The notes under the pieces are model-generated. The model did not search any database, was not told where the DNA came from, and saw only the letters and a program-made list of their open reading frames with translations. A DNA stretch of 60,421 bases, the filler included. It is 5 parts of 5 records of this genome, joined end to end, with 100 filler letters (N's around TTAATTAATTAA, not from the genome) between each part and the next. Parts side by side here need not be neighbours in the genome. Positions count along the whole stretch, not along the records: positions 1 to 6,833 come from DRR723986_29825; positions 6,934 to 15,046 come from DRR723986_29885; 3 more parts are not named here. One strand, 5' to 3'. Position 1 is the stretch's first letter. Each line of letters starts with the position of its first letter. The position numbers were made by a program, and so were the translations under genes. Below, piece after piece: positions 1-9,986 of this stretch.

Positions 1-234
1 AATTTCCAGCGGGCGTTCTTCATGCCGGAGACCTTCGACAACAACTCCATTGAGCAATGGAAGGCCGAAGGAGAAGTGGAGATCACGGAACGGGCGCTTG
101 GCATCGCCCGCAAGCTTCTGTCCGAGTATCAGGAGCCTGCTCTCGAGACCGCCAAAAACGAGGCCCTTCTCGATTACATCGCGCGGCGCGAGCGTGAAAT
201 CCCGGCGGCAGATGCGCTGAACCAGGACTATTGA
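1..234 (+). CDS. Trimethylamine methyltransferase (MttB) family protein, C-terminal fragment
   Basis: Frame open from base 1 ([20 protein letters not shown]...[12 protein letters not shown]); resembles the C-terminus of alphaproteobacterial MttB-family proteins; 5' end lies outside the window. Confidence 0.75.
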   Translation, partial: NFQRAFFMPETFDNNSIEQWKAEGEVEITERALGIARKLLSEYQEPALETAKNEALLDYIARREREIPAADALNQDY

Positions 235-296
235 ACCGCGGTACCGGCCAAAAACCGGGCTGCCCGTGCTTTCTCTTCTGCCCTGCGAGGCGGTTC

Positions 297-1400
297 ATGA
301 AAATCAAGTCTGTCGAGATCTTCCGCCATGACCTGCCGGTCAAGGGCGGCCCCTACAAGATGGCGAACGCCGAGGTCTGGTCTCTCCAGACCACCCTGGT
401 CAAGCTGATCGCGGACAACGGGCATATCGGCTGGGGGGAAACCTGCCCCGTCGGCCCGACTTACGCCGAAGCGCATTCCGGTGGAGCGCAGGCGGCGCTG
501 CAGCAGATCGCCCCTGCGCTGATTGGCCAGGATGTTCGCCCCCTGACGATCGGTCGCCTCATGAACGGCCAGCTCAACGGGCACAACTACGCAAAGGCGG
601 CAATCGACATTGCCGTTCATGACCTGCTCGGCAAACATCTGGGACTTAGGGTTGCCGATCTTCTCGGTGGTGTCGCCGCGGAACGCGTTCCCTCTTATTA
701 CGCAACCGGTGTCGGTGCTCCCGAAGAGATCGCCAGCATTGCCGCGGAGAAACGGGACGAAGGCTACCCGCGCCTGCAGATCAAGATGAGCGGTAAGGAC
801 GTCGAGCGCGATATCGAGACGATCCGCAGGGTCTGGGACAAGATCGCCGGATCCGGCATGCGTCTTGCGGTCGACGGCAACCGAGGCTGGACCACACGAG
901 ACGCGCTGCGCGTCAGTCGCGAATGCCCGGATATTCCGTTCATTCTGGAACAGCCCTGCAACCGGATCGAGGACCTGGAGAAGATCAGGCCGCAGATCCA
1001 CCACGGACTTTACATGGACGAGAACGGTGTCGACCTGGCAACGGTCATCCGTGCCGCCGGGCGCGGACTGGTCGATGGATTCGGCATGAAAGTGACCCGG
1101 ATCGGCGGACTGCAGCAGATGGCTGCGTTCCGGGATATCTGCGAAGCCGTCTCGCTGCCGCATACCTGCGACGATGCCTGGGGCGGCGACATCATCGCCG
1201 CAGCCTGTACCCATGTTGCTGCCACGGTGAAGCCGTCTCTGCTGGAAGGGGCCTGGCTTGCGGAGCCCATGATCGAGGGCAGTTATTCCATCGGCGAAGG
1301 CGTGCGCATCCGGGACGGTCACATTGGCTTGCCACAAGGCCCGGGCCTTGGTGTCGAACCGGATGAGACCCTGTTCGGCACGGCGATAGCTACTTTCTGA
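297..1400 (+). CDS. hpbD: Enolase-superfamily (MR/MLE) enzyme, 4-hydroxyproline betaine 2-epimerase-like
   Basis: ATG at 297 after GAGG; motifs [43 protein letters not shown] closely follow HpbD as I recall it. Confidence 0.8.
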   Translation: MKIKSVEIFRHDLPVKGGPYKMANAEVWSLQTTLVKLIADNGHIGWGETCPVGPTYAEAHSGGAQAALQQIAPALIGQDVRPLTIGRLMNGQLNGHNYAKAAIDIAVHDLLGKHLGLRVADLLGGVAAERVPSYYATGVGAPEEIASIAAEKRDEGYPRLQIKMSGKDVERDIETIRRVWDKIAGSGMRLAVDGNRGWTTRDALRVSRECPDIPFILEQPCNRIEDLEKIRPQIHHGLYMDENGVDLATVIRAAGRGLVDGFGMKVTRIGGLQQMAAFRDICEAVSLPHTCDDAWGGDIIAAACTHVAATVKPSLLEGAWLAEPMIEGSYSIGEGVRIRDGHIGLPQGPGLGVEPDETLFGTAIATF

Positions 1401-1413
1401 ACTGGAGGCCGAT

Positions 1414-2145
1414 ATGCGCTTTAAAGGCAAACGCGCCCTCGTGACAGGCGCCGCCGGTGGGATCGGCAAAGTCATCTCCGACATGCTGCGGGCAGAAGGG
1501 GCACGCGTGGCCGCAGCCGACCGGAATTGCGATGCCGTTGATGCGGAAGTCCGGATTTCGGGAAACCTGCTCGACCCGGCTTATGCAGACGCACTGCCCC
1601 GCACCGCGGCCAAGGCACTTGGCGGCCTCGACATCATCATCAACAACGCCGGCGTCATTACCCGTGGTCCCGTGACCGAGACCACCGATCAGGACTGGGC
1701 GCTGTCGGTCGGGGTCAATGTCGAAGCTCCTTTCCGTATCTGCCGGGCGGGTATCCCGTTGCTGGCGGAGGCCGGAGGTGGGGCCATCGTCAACATCGCC
1801 TCTTGCTGGGGTGTTCACCCGGGCCCGAACCACGCTGTCTATTGCATGACCAAGGCGGCGATCGCTTCGCTGACCCAGTGCATGGGCCGGGACCATGCCC
1901 ACCAGGGCATCCAAATCAATGCTGTCTGCCCGAACGAGGTCGACACACCGATGCTGCGGACCGGGTTCGAAAAGCGCGGCTTTGACCCCGCAACGGCGAT
2001 TGCCGAACTGGGCAGGACCGTTCCGCTTGGCCGGGTGGCGCGGCCGGATGATATCGCGGACGTCGTTCTGTTTCTTGCCTCCGATGCCGCCCGCTACATG
2101 TGCGGTTCGCTGGTTGAGGTCAACGGCGGAAAACCGGTGTCATGA
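1414..2145 (+). CDS. SDR family oxidoreductase
   Basis: TGAAGGIG, NNAG, YCMTK (YxxxK); GGAGG SD upstream. Confidence 0.9.
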   Translation: MRFKGKRALVTGAAGGIGKVISDMLRAEGARVAAADRNCDAVDAEVRISGNLLDPAYADALPRTAAKALGGLDIIINNAGVITRGPVTETTDQDWALSVGVNVEAPFRICRAGIPLLAEAGGGAIVNIASCWGVHPGPNHAVYCMTKAAIASLTQCMGRDHAHQGIQINAVCPNEVDTPMLRTGFEKRGFDPATAIAELGRTVPLGRVARPDDIADVVLFLASDAARYMCGSLVEVNGGKPVS

Positions 2146-2876
2146 TGCGGTTCGAAGGAAAGACTGTCCTTGTCACGGGCGGGCGAAGCGGCATTGGTCG
2201 TGCCATTGCCCGGCGCTTGCAAAATGAAGGTGCCAAGGTCTTCACGGCCCAGCGCGGCGAGGATCCTGAGTTTGAGCATGTCCAGGCGGATTTTGCCGAC
2301 ATGGAAGCCCCTGCCCGCATTATCGAAGACGTGGTAACGAAAGGCGGCAGGCTGGATGTGCTCGTCAACAATGCCGGCCTGATGCAGGAAGCGGCGATCG
2401 AAGACATGTCGCTCGCCGACTGGCAGCACTCGTTGGCGGTCAATCTGACCGCGCCTTTCCTGATGATCAAACATGCCTTGCCGCATTTGCGCCAGACACG
2501 CGGAAGCATCGTCAATGTCGGCTCCATCGAAGGCATCGGCTGCAATCCGCTGCACGCTGCCTATTCCGCCTCCAAGGCCGGGCTTCACGGCCTGACGCGC
2601 GCCGTTGCGGTCGATCACGGCAAGGACGGCGTCCGCTGCAACGCGGTTGCGCCAGGCTGGATCGATACGGAACTCAATCTCGAATTCATCAAGGCGACCA
2701 AGGATCCAGATGCCTTCCGGCGCGATATTGGCAAGATCCATCCGGCTGGCCGAACGGGCAAGCCGGAGGAAGTTGCCGCCTTGGTCGCTTTCCTGGCAGC
2801 GGAGGAAAGCGGTTTTGTCACCGGTCAGGTCTACACGGTCGACGGTGGCAGAATGACCCGGTTGAGCTTGCCCTGA
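2142..2876 (+). CDS. SDR family oxidoreductase
   Basis: TGGRSGIG, NNAG, YSASK; ATGA overlap with the previous SDR (translational coupling). Confidence 0.9.
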   Translation: MMRFEGKTVLVTGGRSGIGRAIARRLQNEGAKVFTAQRGEDPEFEHVQADFADMEAPARIIEDVVTKGGRLDVLVNNAGLMQEAAIEDMSLADWQHSLAVNLTAPFLMIKHALPHLRQTRGSIVNVGSIEGIGCNPLHAAYSASKAGLHGLTRAVAVDHGKDGVRCNAVAPGWIDTELNLEFIKATKDPDAFRRDIGKIHPAGRTGKPEEVAALVAFLAAEESGFVTGQVYTVDGGRMTRLSLP

Positions 2877-2891
2877 AGGGCTTGGAGCGGT

Positions 2892-3737
2892 TCAAAATGC
2901 CTGCCGAATAGCGGACTTCATTGTCCTGACGAGATCCTGATTGGCGCTGGCTGCGACGCCGATGACAAGTTTCGACATGGGTGTCGAGGCAAACCCATGC
3001 TCGTTGCCAAGCACCTTGAGGTGGCCCGCGAGAGTAGACCGCCCCAGAAGCCCAATCGCAATACCCGCTTCCACGGCAGCCGTTACGCCCGCCACGCTCT
3101 GGCTTGAAAAGGCAATCCGGTAAGGCCTCCCTCTTGCCTCAAGCGACTTGAGGGCCGCCTCACGCCACCAGCAGGCGCGGTCGAAAAGGGCGACCGGAAC
3201 CGGCTCTTCGGCCAGAAGATCCCGGTAACGCGACATTACCCAGCAGGTCGGGTCCTCGAAAACCACCTCTTCGTTCCTGCCGATCGTTTCAACCTCGTAG
3301 ACGGCAAGATCCATCTTTCCCCTGGACAGCAGTTCCGGGAAATCGGTGCTGATCGTACAGGTTACCTCAAGCTCCACCTGCGGGTGCGATTGTGCGAAGG
3401 CAGACAGGATCTTCGCAAGCTTTGCCTGGCCATGATCGTCAGGAATGCCGAGGCGAAGCTTCCCGCGCAAACCGTCGGCGGTGATTTCCCTCAGGACGGC
3501 ATCCAGCCGTTCTTTCACATCCCTTGCGACCGGCATCAGGCGCTGCCCGGTCTCCGTCAGCGTCACACCGCGGCCGGTCCGCTCGAACAGATCCCGCCCG
3601 ATCACCTCTTCAAGGCGCATGATCTGAAGACTGGTTGCCGATTGTGACCGGCCGATCAGGCGGGCACCTTCCGTGACGCTGCCCGTCCCGGCGACCGCCA
3701 GAAAGGTTCGGAGGAGTTCACTGTCGAGATTATTCAT
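2892..3737 (-). CDS. LysR family transcriptional regulator
   Basis: N-terminal HTH (LLRTFLAVAGTGSVTEGARLIGRSQSATSLQIMRLE...LFER) plus substrate-binding domain; ATG at 3737 chosen as start. Confidence 0.92.
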   Translation of the reverse strand: MNNLDSELLRTFLAVAGTGSVTEGARLIGRSQSATSLQIMRLEEVIGRDLFERTGRGVTLTETGQRLMPVARDVKERLDAVLREITADGLRGKLRLGIPDDHGQAKLAKILSAFAQSHPQVELEVTCTISTDFPELLSRGKMDLAVYEVETIGRNEEVVFEDPTCWVMSRYRDLLAEEPVPVALFDRACWWREAALKSLEARGRPYRIAFSSQSVAGVTAAVEAGIAIGLLGRSTLAGHLKVLGNEHGFASTPMSKLVIGVAASANQDLVRTMKSAIRQAF

Positions 3738-3747
3738 CCAATTTTTC

Positions 3748-3769
3748 AATATCTGACATTAAAGATATT
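3748..3769. promoter_or_regulatory. Palindromic operator candidate between divergent LysR and permease genes
   Basis: AATATCT-N8-AGATATT perfect 7-bp inverted repeat in an AT-rich divergent intergenic region. Confidence 0.5.
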
Positions 3770-3827
3770 CGTTTCACCAATATTTAGATCACGCCTAGTC
3801 TGAACCCGTCAATCACTGGAGGCCTTC

Positions 3828-4850
3828 ATGGAAGGACAGACGGCAACAGCCACGTTTTCTGGATCCCGAAGAATTGCCGCCGGAGCCGGAGCTGGCCTCC
3901 TCGCCGGGCTTGTCTGGCTGTGGCCGCAGTTCTTCAAACAGGGGATTCTGTTCACCGGACAGGGTCTCCTTCAGGTTGCCCCGCTCGTCGTGCCGGGCAT
4001 AGCCCTCACGGCCTGGATCATGGCCAGCGGTGCCGACAGGATCATCGGCCGCGCGTTTGAAGGACGGCTCATGCGCGCGGTCCTCGTGGCGTCTGCCATG
4101 GGGGCGATTACGCCGGTCTGCGGGGTGACGATCCTGCCTCTGATGGCCGGGTTGCTGGCAGCCGGGGTTCCCCTTGCCCCGGTCATGGCGTTCTGGCTGT
4201 CCTCGCCGATTACCGATCCGGCCATGCTGGCGACTACGGCGGCGACCCTCGGTATTACCTTTGCAGTCGGCAAGACCGTAGCAGCCTTCGCTCTGGGTGT
4301 ATTTGGCGGATCCGTCACAGCGGCGCTCACGCGTGAGCGAAGCGGTGAAGCGGCACTGCGGTCTGGTGGGCTCGCCGCGAAATTGACGGCGCGGTGCTGT
4401 GACGGCGCGACATCGTTTGAACCGCGTGTCTGGCGCAACAGCAGCCGGCGCAAGGCCTTCGCGCGGCAGGCAGCGGCAACGACACGGCTGATCCTGATCT
4501 GCTTGATCCCGGCCTTCTTTGCCGAATATGCGCTGAATGCGGCTCTGACCCCGGGATCGCTGGCAGCCTATCTTGGCTCGAACACCTGGTGGGCCATACC
4601 CGCCGCCGTCTTCGTCGGCGCACCGGCCTATATCGACGGTTATGCGGCCTTGCCGCTGACCCGCGGTCTCATCGACAACGGCATGTCGCCCGGCGCGGCG
4701 ATGGCGTTTCTGGTCTCCGGAGGTGTTGTCAGCATCTGGGGAGCGCTTGCGATATTCCCCGTACTGAAACTGCGCCCGTTTCTGCTTTACCTGGCGCTTG
4801 CCGTTACCGGCTCACTGATCTCGGGCTATGTGTTCGAATGGGTCTACTGA
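3828..4850 (+). CDS. Permease, ArsP/DUF318-like family
   Basis: Multi-TM; GAITPVCGVTILP, AFWLSSP, GMSPGAAMAFL motifs; GGAGG SD. Confidence 0.75.
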   Translation: MEGQTATATFSGSRRIAAGAGAGLLAGLVWLWPQFFKQGILFTGQGLLQVAPLVVPGIALTAWIMASGADRIIGRAFEGRLMRAVLVASAMGAITPVCGVTILPLMAGLLAAGVPLAPVMAFWLSSPITDPAMLATTAATLGITFAVGKTVAAFALGVFGGSVTAALTRERSGEAALRSGGLAAKLTARCCDGATSFEPRVWRNSSRRKAFARQAAATTRLILICLIPAFFAEYALNAALTPGSLAAYLGSNTWWAIPAAVFVGAPAYIDGYAALPLTRGLIDNGMSPGAAMAFLVSGGVVSIWGALAIFPVLKLRPFLLYLALAVTGSLISGYVFEWVY

Positions 4851-4874
4851 CGCCCGGTCGGACTCTGGCCGGGT

Positions 4875-6215
4875 TCATTCCTCGGCCGCGCGCCATTCCT
4901 TCCAGCGTAGCACGGCATTGGCGCCTATTTCCCGGAATGGCTGTGGCGGCAGTTTTTTCGGCCGGGCTTCAGCACCGAAATGACAGGTGATGCTGCTGGT
5001 CTGTCCCAGCGCAAGATCAGCAGCGCCCATGCCGGTCAGGGTTCCGCGTGCGGTGCCGAGACCGTTTTGTACGCAACCGGAAAACACGTCCTGCTCCAGT
5101 TCTCGCATGACCGCGACACCATTCAGCGACAGGCAAAGGTGTCCTGCCCACTTGTATTCCATCTTCATCCCTGCCAACTGCGGAAACCGCCGGTCGAACT
5201 TGCGTTGCATGACACGGGCCGCACGTTCCACGCTTGCCGGTGTCAGCCGCATGTCGGGTTTCAAGACGGCGCGGGTTCTCGTAACGATCCTGTTTCCACC
5301 CTGACCGGTGTCGATCCGGCGCAAGGTCGTCCCCATCGGATCAGATGGCGTGATTCCCCAGCGGCTTTGGCCGCCAAGTTTCTTCAACGCCGCACCGTCC
5401 AGCTCGGGCGTCATGACGGCAAACAGAAACAGCTGCATCAGCCGGTCTCTTTCGAAACCGAAGCTCTCCAGATGACCATTGACCGTGAGGATGACTTTTG
5501 CCGTTGAAACGGATCCGGATCGCGTTTCCACCTTCCAGCTTTCGCCTTCCCTGGTGAAAGACAGGACCGGGCTTTGCTCGAAAACCTGCACGCCTTCCCG
5601 TCGAAGTCCGGTGGCAAGTCCGCGGATATATCCAGCAGGCTGCAGCATGACCGTACCGGGGGTATAAAGTCCGCCAACGTAGTGTCTGCTTCCGGTCAGG
5701 TCCGCCATCTGTTGGCGGTCGAGCAGCTCATATTTTTCACCGAGGCTCGTCAGATGGTCGGCATAACTGCGGTTATGATGATCGGCCTTGATGCTAGCCG
5801 CACCGTTGATCTTGCCTGCCGGATCAAAATAGTTCCTGTCGATCCCGTAGTCCTCGACCGCGCCACGCGCAAAGCCGATTGCCTCTCGATTGAGGGTGAT
5901 CAGAGACTTGTCGTCACCGTTACCGGCATAATCCTCCGATGTCAGCTCATGCGGCAGGTCGATCATGAATCCGGAATTGCGTCCGGCCGATCCTTCCGCA
6001 ACCCGGCAAGCGTCGAGCACGACAACCTTGAGATTTCGGTCTGACTGGAGCAGGCGCCGCGCCGCCGACAGACCGGCAAAACCGGCACCGATGATCGTGA
6101 CATCCGCGCTGATCTGTTCGCTCAGCAGCTGCGCAGGCTGTTGTCTCGGCAGGATGGTGTTCCAGGCCGCCGGGCCTTGCAGGTTCGGCAGAGTGTCGGC
6201 GGCCCGTTTCGTCAT
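4875..6215 (-). CDS. FAD-dependent oxidoreductase (DAO family, PuuB-like)
   Basis: IIGAGFAGLSAA dinucleotide-binding motif, GSAGRNSGF; overlaps the ALDH stop by 4 nt. Confidence 0.85.
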   Translation of the reverse strand: MTKRAADTLPNLQGPAAWNTILPRQQPAQLLSEQISADVTIIGAGFAGLSAARRLLQSDRNLKVVVLDACRVAEGSAGRNSGFMIDLPHELTSEDYAGNGDDKSLITLNREAIGFARGAVEDYGIDRNYFDPAGKINGAASIKADHHNRSYADHLTSLGEKYELLDRQQMADLTGSRHYVGGLYTPGTVMLQPAGYIRGLATGLRREGVQVFEQSPVLSFTREGESWKVETRSGSVSTAKVILTVNGHLESFGFERDRLMQLFLFAVMTPELDGAALKKLGGQSRWGITPSDPMGTTLRRIDTGQGGNRIVTRTRAVLKPDMRLTPASVERAARVMQRKFDRRFPQLAGMKMEYKWAGHLCLSLNGVAVMRELEQDVFSGCVQNGLGTARGTLTGMGAADLALGQTSSITCHFGAEARPKKLPPQPFREIGANAVLRWKEWRAAEE

Positions 6216-6833
6216 CCGACGGCCTCGTCCTCGTCGTCGGACAGATCCAGCCAGATGGTCTTCAGCTGGGTGTACTGGTCGTGTGCCGCCAAACTGTTGT
6301 CCCGCCCGCCGAAACCGGACTGTTTGAACCCTCCGAACGGCGTGGTGATGTCGCCTTCACCAAAGCAATTGACGGTCACGGTGCCGGCCCGGATCGCCCG
6401 GGCACCACGCAGCGCCTTTCTGGCGTTGCCCGTGAAGATCGAGGCGGCAAGGCCGTACTGTGTATCATTGGCCAGCGCGATAGCCTCATCGAAGCTTCTT
6501 ACGGTCAGAACGCTCAAGACCGGACCGAAAATTTCCTCCCGCGCAATGGTGGACACCGGATCGGTTTCCAGAACGGTCGGTTCGACGAAGGCGCCATCGC
6601 GGCTGCCGCCGCCCATCAACACCTTTGCACCCTTGTCCAGATAGGAACTGACCTTGGCGAAATGATCGTTGGAGACGAGCGCACCGACACGATGCTCCGG
6701 ATCAAGGGGATCTCCCATCGTCCATTCCCGCGCATGGGCCAGAATGCGCTCCAGCAGTGCTTCCTTGATGTCTTCTTCCACGATCAGGCGGGAACTTGCC
6801 GAACAGTTCTCGCCCATGTTCCAGAACGCGCCA
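6212..6833 (-). CDS. Aldehyde dehydrogenase (PuuC-like), 5'-truncated by contig end
   Basis: GAFWNMGENC (catalytic Cys), EEIFGP, PFGGFKQSGFG. Confidence 0.9.
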
Positions 6834-6933
6834 NNNNNNNNNNNNNNNNNNNNNNNNNNNNNNNNNNNNNNNNNNNNTTAATTAATTAANNNNNNNNNNN
6901 NNNNNNNNNNNNNNNNNNNNNNNNNNNNNNNNN
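6834..6933. other. Artificial contig spacer
   Basis: N44-TTAATTAATTAA-N44; stops in all six frames. Confidence 0.98.
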
Positions 6934-7699
6934 ATCCACGCCCGCAGCGTTCAGTCTTTGAGATCAGTCTCTAAGTCTTGGGGATACAAACCGCCCCCAC
7001 CGACAATTTGCAAGCTCCAATCAATTCAACACAATCCAAAAAAATTCACCGGCACTAACATGAGCAAATCATTGGACTTCCGCGCCTCCTGCGCAAGGCG
7101 TAACCTTCACCTAGGGAAAAGTGCGCCGCGTATTGTAGTGACAGAATTCTGACCAACCGTCGATGATTCAATTGACCGCGTCACCCGCCAGGCACAAATT
7201 CGGCGACAAGGTCAGGTAGATAGCGACACCTCAATCTTACTCAATACCGGTCACCAGTCTCAAGGCCGGCCTGGTGTTCTCCGCTATAGCTGCCAGTTCA
7301 GATCGCTGGTTTGACTGATCGCGGACGAAAACCCAGCGGACTACCATAGCTAACGCTCAGATACATTTTCCGAATAATTGCCGGCAATAATTGCCGGTTT
7401 GGAACTGGGACGCATCCCTAGAAGCAGTGGCTGAAGACATTGAGTGCGGAACAATCAGCGCAGATCTTTCGGATGAAAACATACGAATACCTGGGGCGGG
7501 CTGTGTGACCTGCGGCGGCCGGATCAGTGCAAAACAAAAAAATCAAACTAAGGCCACGCGCGCGTGAGACGCGCCTCCAAATCCTGAAACTGCTCCCAAA
7601 AGTGGGCCTGGAAGGGGCTGATTTAACATTTTCCAGGCGGGGCACAATCAATAAAACACACATCTAAACAATTACTTAATTTTCCGTTAAGTCTGCTGA

Positions 7700-8119
7700 T
7701 TAACTTTCACGAGCGGGACGTAGAATGTCGCGCATCAAATCGTCGCGTGTCGCCTCTTTAACAATGCGCAGAAGCGTCTCAAGATGATCATTCATACACT
7801 CAACATTGTACAGGAATGCGATAGTTTCCTGGCGTTCGGATTCATCGAGACGTTCATCCTCCAGAATGTCGCGACGCCGAAATGTTAAGTATTCACGAAA
7901 GCCAGATTGTGCCGCGTCAAAACGATAATGTTCAATTTCACGCAGGAATTCAGCCAGATAGTCGAGGCCGACCTGAATGGCGAGCGTAAATTCCTCGCGG
8001 TGTTCTTCCAGCGCAAGCATAAGCATTTGTGCATACTTAAACGGATGCTCGGACTTCAGATAAAGTTCACCACCCAGGCGCGCCATGCCGGGAAGTATCG
8101 GTGTATGTTCTGGTTGCAT
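7700..8119 (-). CDS. Hypothetical helical, acidic protein (139 aa)
   Basis: GGAG SD upstream of ATG; protein-like composition; family not recognised. Confidence 0.7.
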   Translation of the reverse strand: MQPEHTPILPGMARLGGELYLKSEHPFKYAQMLMLALEEHREEFTLAIQVGLDYLAEFLREIEHYRFDAAQSGFREYLTFRRRDILEDERLDESERQETIAFLYNVECMNDHLETLLRIVKEATRDDLMRDILRPARES

Positions 8120-8222
8120 TTTTTGTACTCCGCGCCGATATCATTTGTTAATTGTTTTACAATGCCTTAGTTAAGTAAAATTACATTTCTGCCTGGCTGT
8201 TCTACCGCCCGGGACGCCCGGT

Positions 8223-9857
8223 TTACGAGGCCTGAGCCGCCTGCCGACCGTCGCCTGTGGACCTGACTGCATTTAACTGCACAAACCAGGCTTCGCGGCC
8301 AATTGCCTCCAGCTCATTCATTACCAGGGACCACAAACGTTCATAGGGAATGACTTCAACACTATCGATGGCAGCGTCATATTGCGGCTGAATCGCGGCA
8401 AGTTTAGCAAGATGTTTAGCGGCGCGCCGACGAATCTCAACAGCATCAAAGTTGCAGTATAGAACCGTCAACATCAGGCGGACAAAGCAGTGGCTGCGTG
8501 CGTGTGAGCGATGCCGCAAATACGTTGAATTGTAGGTTTCGAGTACTGCTGCGCGATCCAATAAAACATCAAATTCGCGATAACGCAGGAGAAAAAGAAA
8601 ATGTGCGATTGTTATTGCAACGTTATAGCCGCGTTTATCCCGTGAAAATACGGGTAAGTCGTTAACAAAACCATAAATATTAAATTGTTTTGCCAGGAAA
8701 CTTTCGTGGTTCGCAAGTTCAACATTTCCTGCCAGGCAGGCAAAACGCAGATAGGCTTCAAAAATCCGCCATTTTTCGAGGCGTTGCGGATAAGCCGCAA
8801 GCTGACGCCGCTGCAGCGTAGCCTGACGATAAACCTGTGCGGCCGCCTGATATTCGCCCGCATGCATCTCCAATAAAAAATGCAATTCGAGCAGAGCAAA
8901 CCAATTGTAATCGCCCGCTGTTAACTCACCCAATCCGGCACGGACGTGGCGGCGGCCACGCGTGTATTTGCGCAAAAACAGGCAGCAGTACAATCGCGTC
9001 AGGTGCAGCTCGGTACGGCGTGCGCTGCTGTTGTGGCCGGCACTGACAAGATAGGCGTCAAACTCATCACAAACACGCAGTGTTCCAGCATAATCCTGCA
9101 CAATTTCGTGCTCCAGCAGGTGCAGACGGTGGTAGTACATTTGCAGGGTGGAGCTCTCGTGGCGGCGGCACAATTGTGCCAGGTGGATGCGATATTCACG
9201 TGCTTCACGCGCCAGGGCGGCATCCGCTGCTGTGGAGCGCGAAAGGCGCACGATGATGAGTTCGGCCATTTCACGCGCCGCAATCTCCTCGCCGTCAATC
9301 TGAATACATGTGTTGATTTCACGCGTCAGCGCCTCAAACTGGGCTTCCCGGCCATGCAGCGCGGCATGGCGGCGCAGGACCTTGCAGGCATTGATGCAGA
9401 TGCGCCAAAGCTCGTGGCGGCGTGCATCGCGGCGCAGCGTGCGCGCCATTGATTCGGCCGGTTGATGTGCACCGCAGCGCCGCAGAAACTGCATCGCCAC
9501 GTGGCGCTTCTCACAGCTGTAGACGGCTTTGCCGCGGTCCGACAGTGGAAAACGCGTCACGTCCAGGAACAACAGCATGTGCTGTGCCTGGCGCAGCACT
9601 TCACTTTTGAGCGTGATGTAGGGCCGCACCGTCGCCGCCGAATCATAGATTAACTCAGCGGCGCGGCGATCAAATTCCTGGGTTTCGGCGTCTGACTCAG
9701 CGCCTGCCGGCGCACCTTTAGATGCCGGATCGCCGGCCATGGCAGCAAAACGAAAGAGCTGCGCACACTTGGAACCGGCACTGAAGAACAGGTCCAGCCC
9801 CATCGCGCGATGGCGATATTCAGTTACCAGTTCAGCAATGTCGCGTAATAGCTGCAT
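8223..9857 (-). CDS. Large all-helical (TPR-like) hypothetical protein, paralog A (544 aa)
   Basis: AGGA SD; amphipathic helical repeats; collinear with 10142-11977; C-terminal FSRDKRGYN and EVIPYE motifs. Confidence 0.8.
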   Translation of the reverse strand: MQLLRDIAELVTEYRHRAMGLDLFFSAGSKCAQLFRFAAMAGDPASKGAPAGAESDAETQEFDRRAAELIYDSAATVRPYITLKSEVLRQAQHMLLFLDVTRFPLSDRGKAVYSCEKRHVAMQFLRRCGAHQPAESMARTLRRDARRHELWRICINACKVLRRHAALHGREAQFEALTREINTCIQIDGEEIAAREMAELIIVRLSRSTAADAALAREAREYRIHLAQLCRRHESSTLQMYYHRLHLLEHEIVQDYAGTLRVCDEFDAYLVSAGHNSSARRTELHLTRLYCCLFLRKYTRGRRHVRAGLGELTAGDYNWFALLELHFLLEMHAGEYQAAAQVYRQATLQRRQLAAYPQRLEKWRIFEAYLRFACLAGNVELANHESFLAKQFNIYGFVNDLPVFSRDKRGYNVAITIAHFLFLLRYREFDVLLDRAAVLETYNSTYLRHRSHARSHCFVRLMLTVLYCNFDAVEIRRRAAKHLAKLAAIQPQYDAAIDSVEVIPYERLWSLVMNELEAIGREAWFVQLNAVRSTGDGRQAAQAS

Positions 9858-9881
9858 GTGCAGTTTTATCCTGTTGCGGGC

Positions 9882-9935
9882 CGTGAGTGACCTTACCCAG
9901 CCCTGTTTTTTCGTATAAATTGCGAGTCACTCATG
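9882..9935. promoter_or_regulatory. Inverted repeat flanking a putative promoter in the divergent region
   Basis: CGTGAGTGAC-N34-GTCACTCATG (8-bp perfect core) enclosing TATAAATTG. Confidence 0.5.
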
Positions 9936-9986
9936 CTCGAAATTGGCATTAAACAAACTTGTCAATTTTATTTCCGGAGTGAATAC

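Noticed and set aside
228-2741. Long antisense ORFs (418, 174 and 215 aa) and similar shadow ORFs in the GC-rich contigs
   Set aside because: They lie opposite well-supported genes, show no motifs and are expected from GC-rich codon bias
6834-6933. TTAATTAATTAA palindrome repeated four times in the window
   Set aside because: Always centred in identical N runs, so it is an artificial linker; ORFs ending in X..LIN are artefacts and genes across linkers are not neighbours
7300-7345. CTGATCG...CGAAA resembling a hammerhead ribozyme core
   Set aside because: Core is not CUGANGA and there is no proper stem II
7666-8178. AAACAATTA/TAATTGTTT inverted pair around the 139-aa gene, as a possible mobile or invertible cassette
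   Set aside because: Only 9 bp of AT-rich sequence, with no recombinase or target duplication
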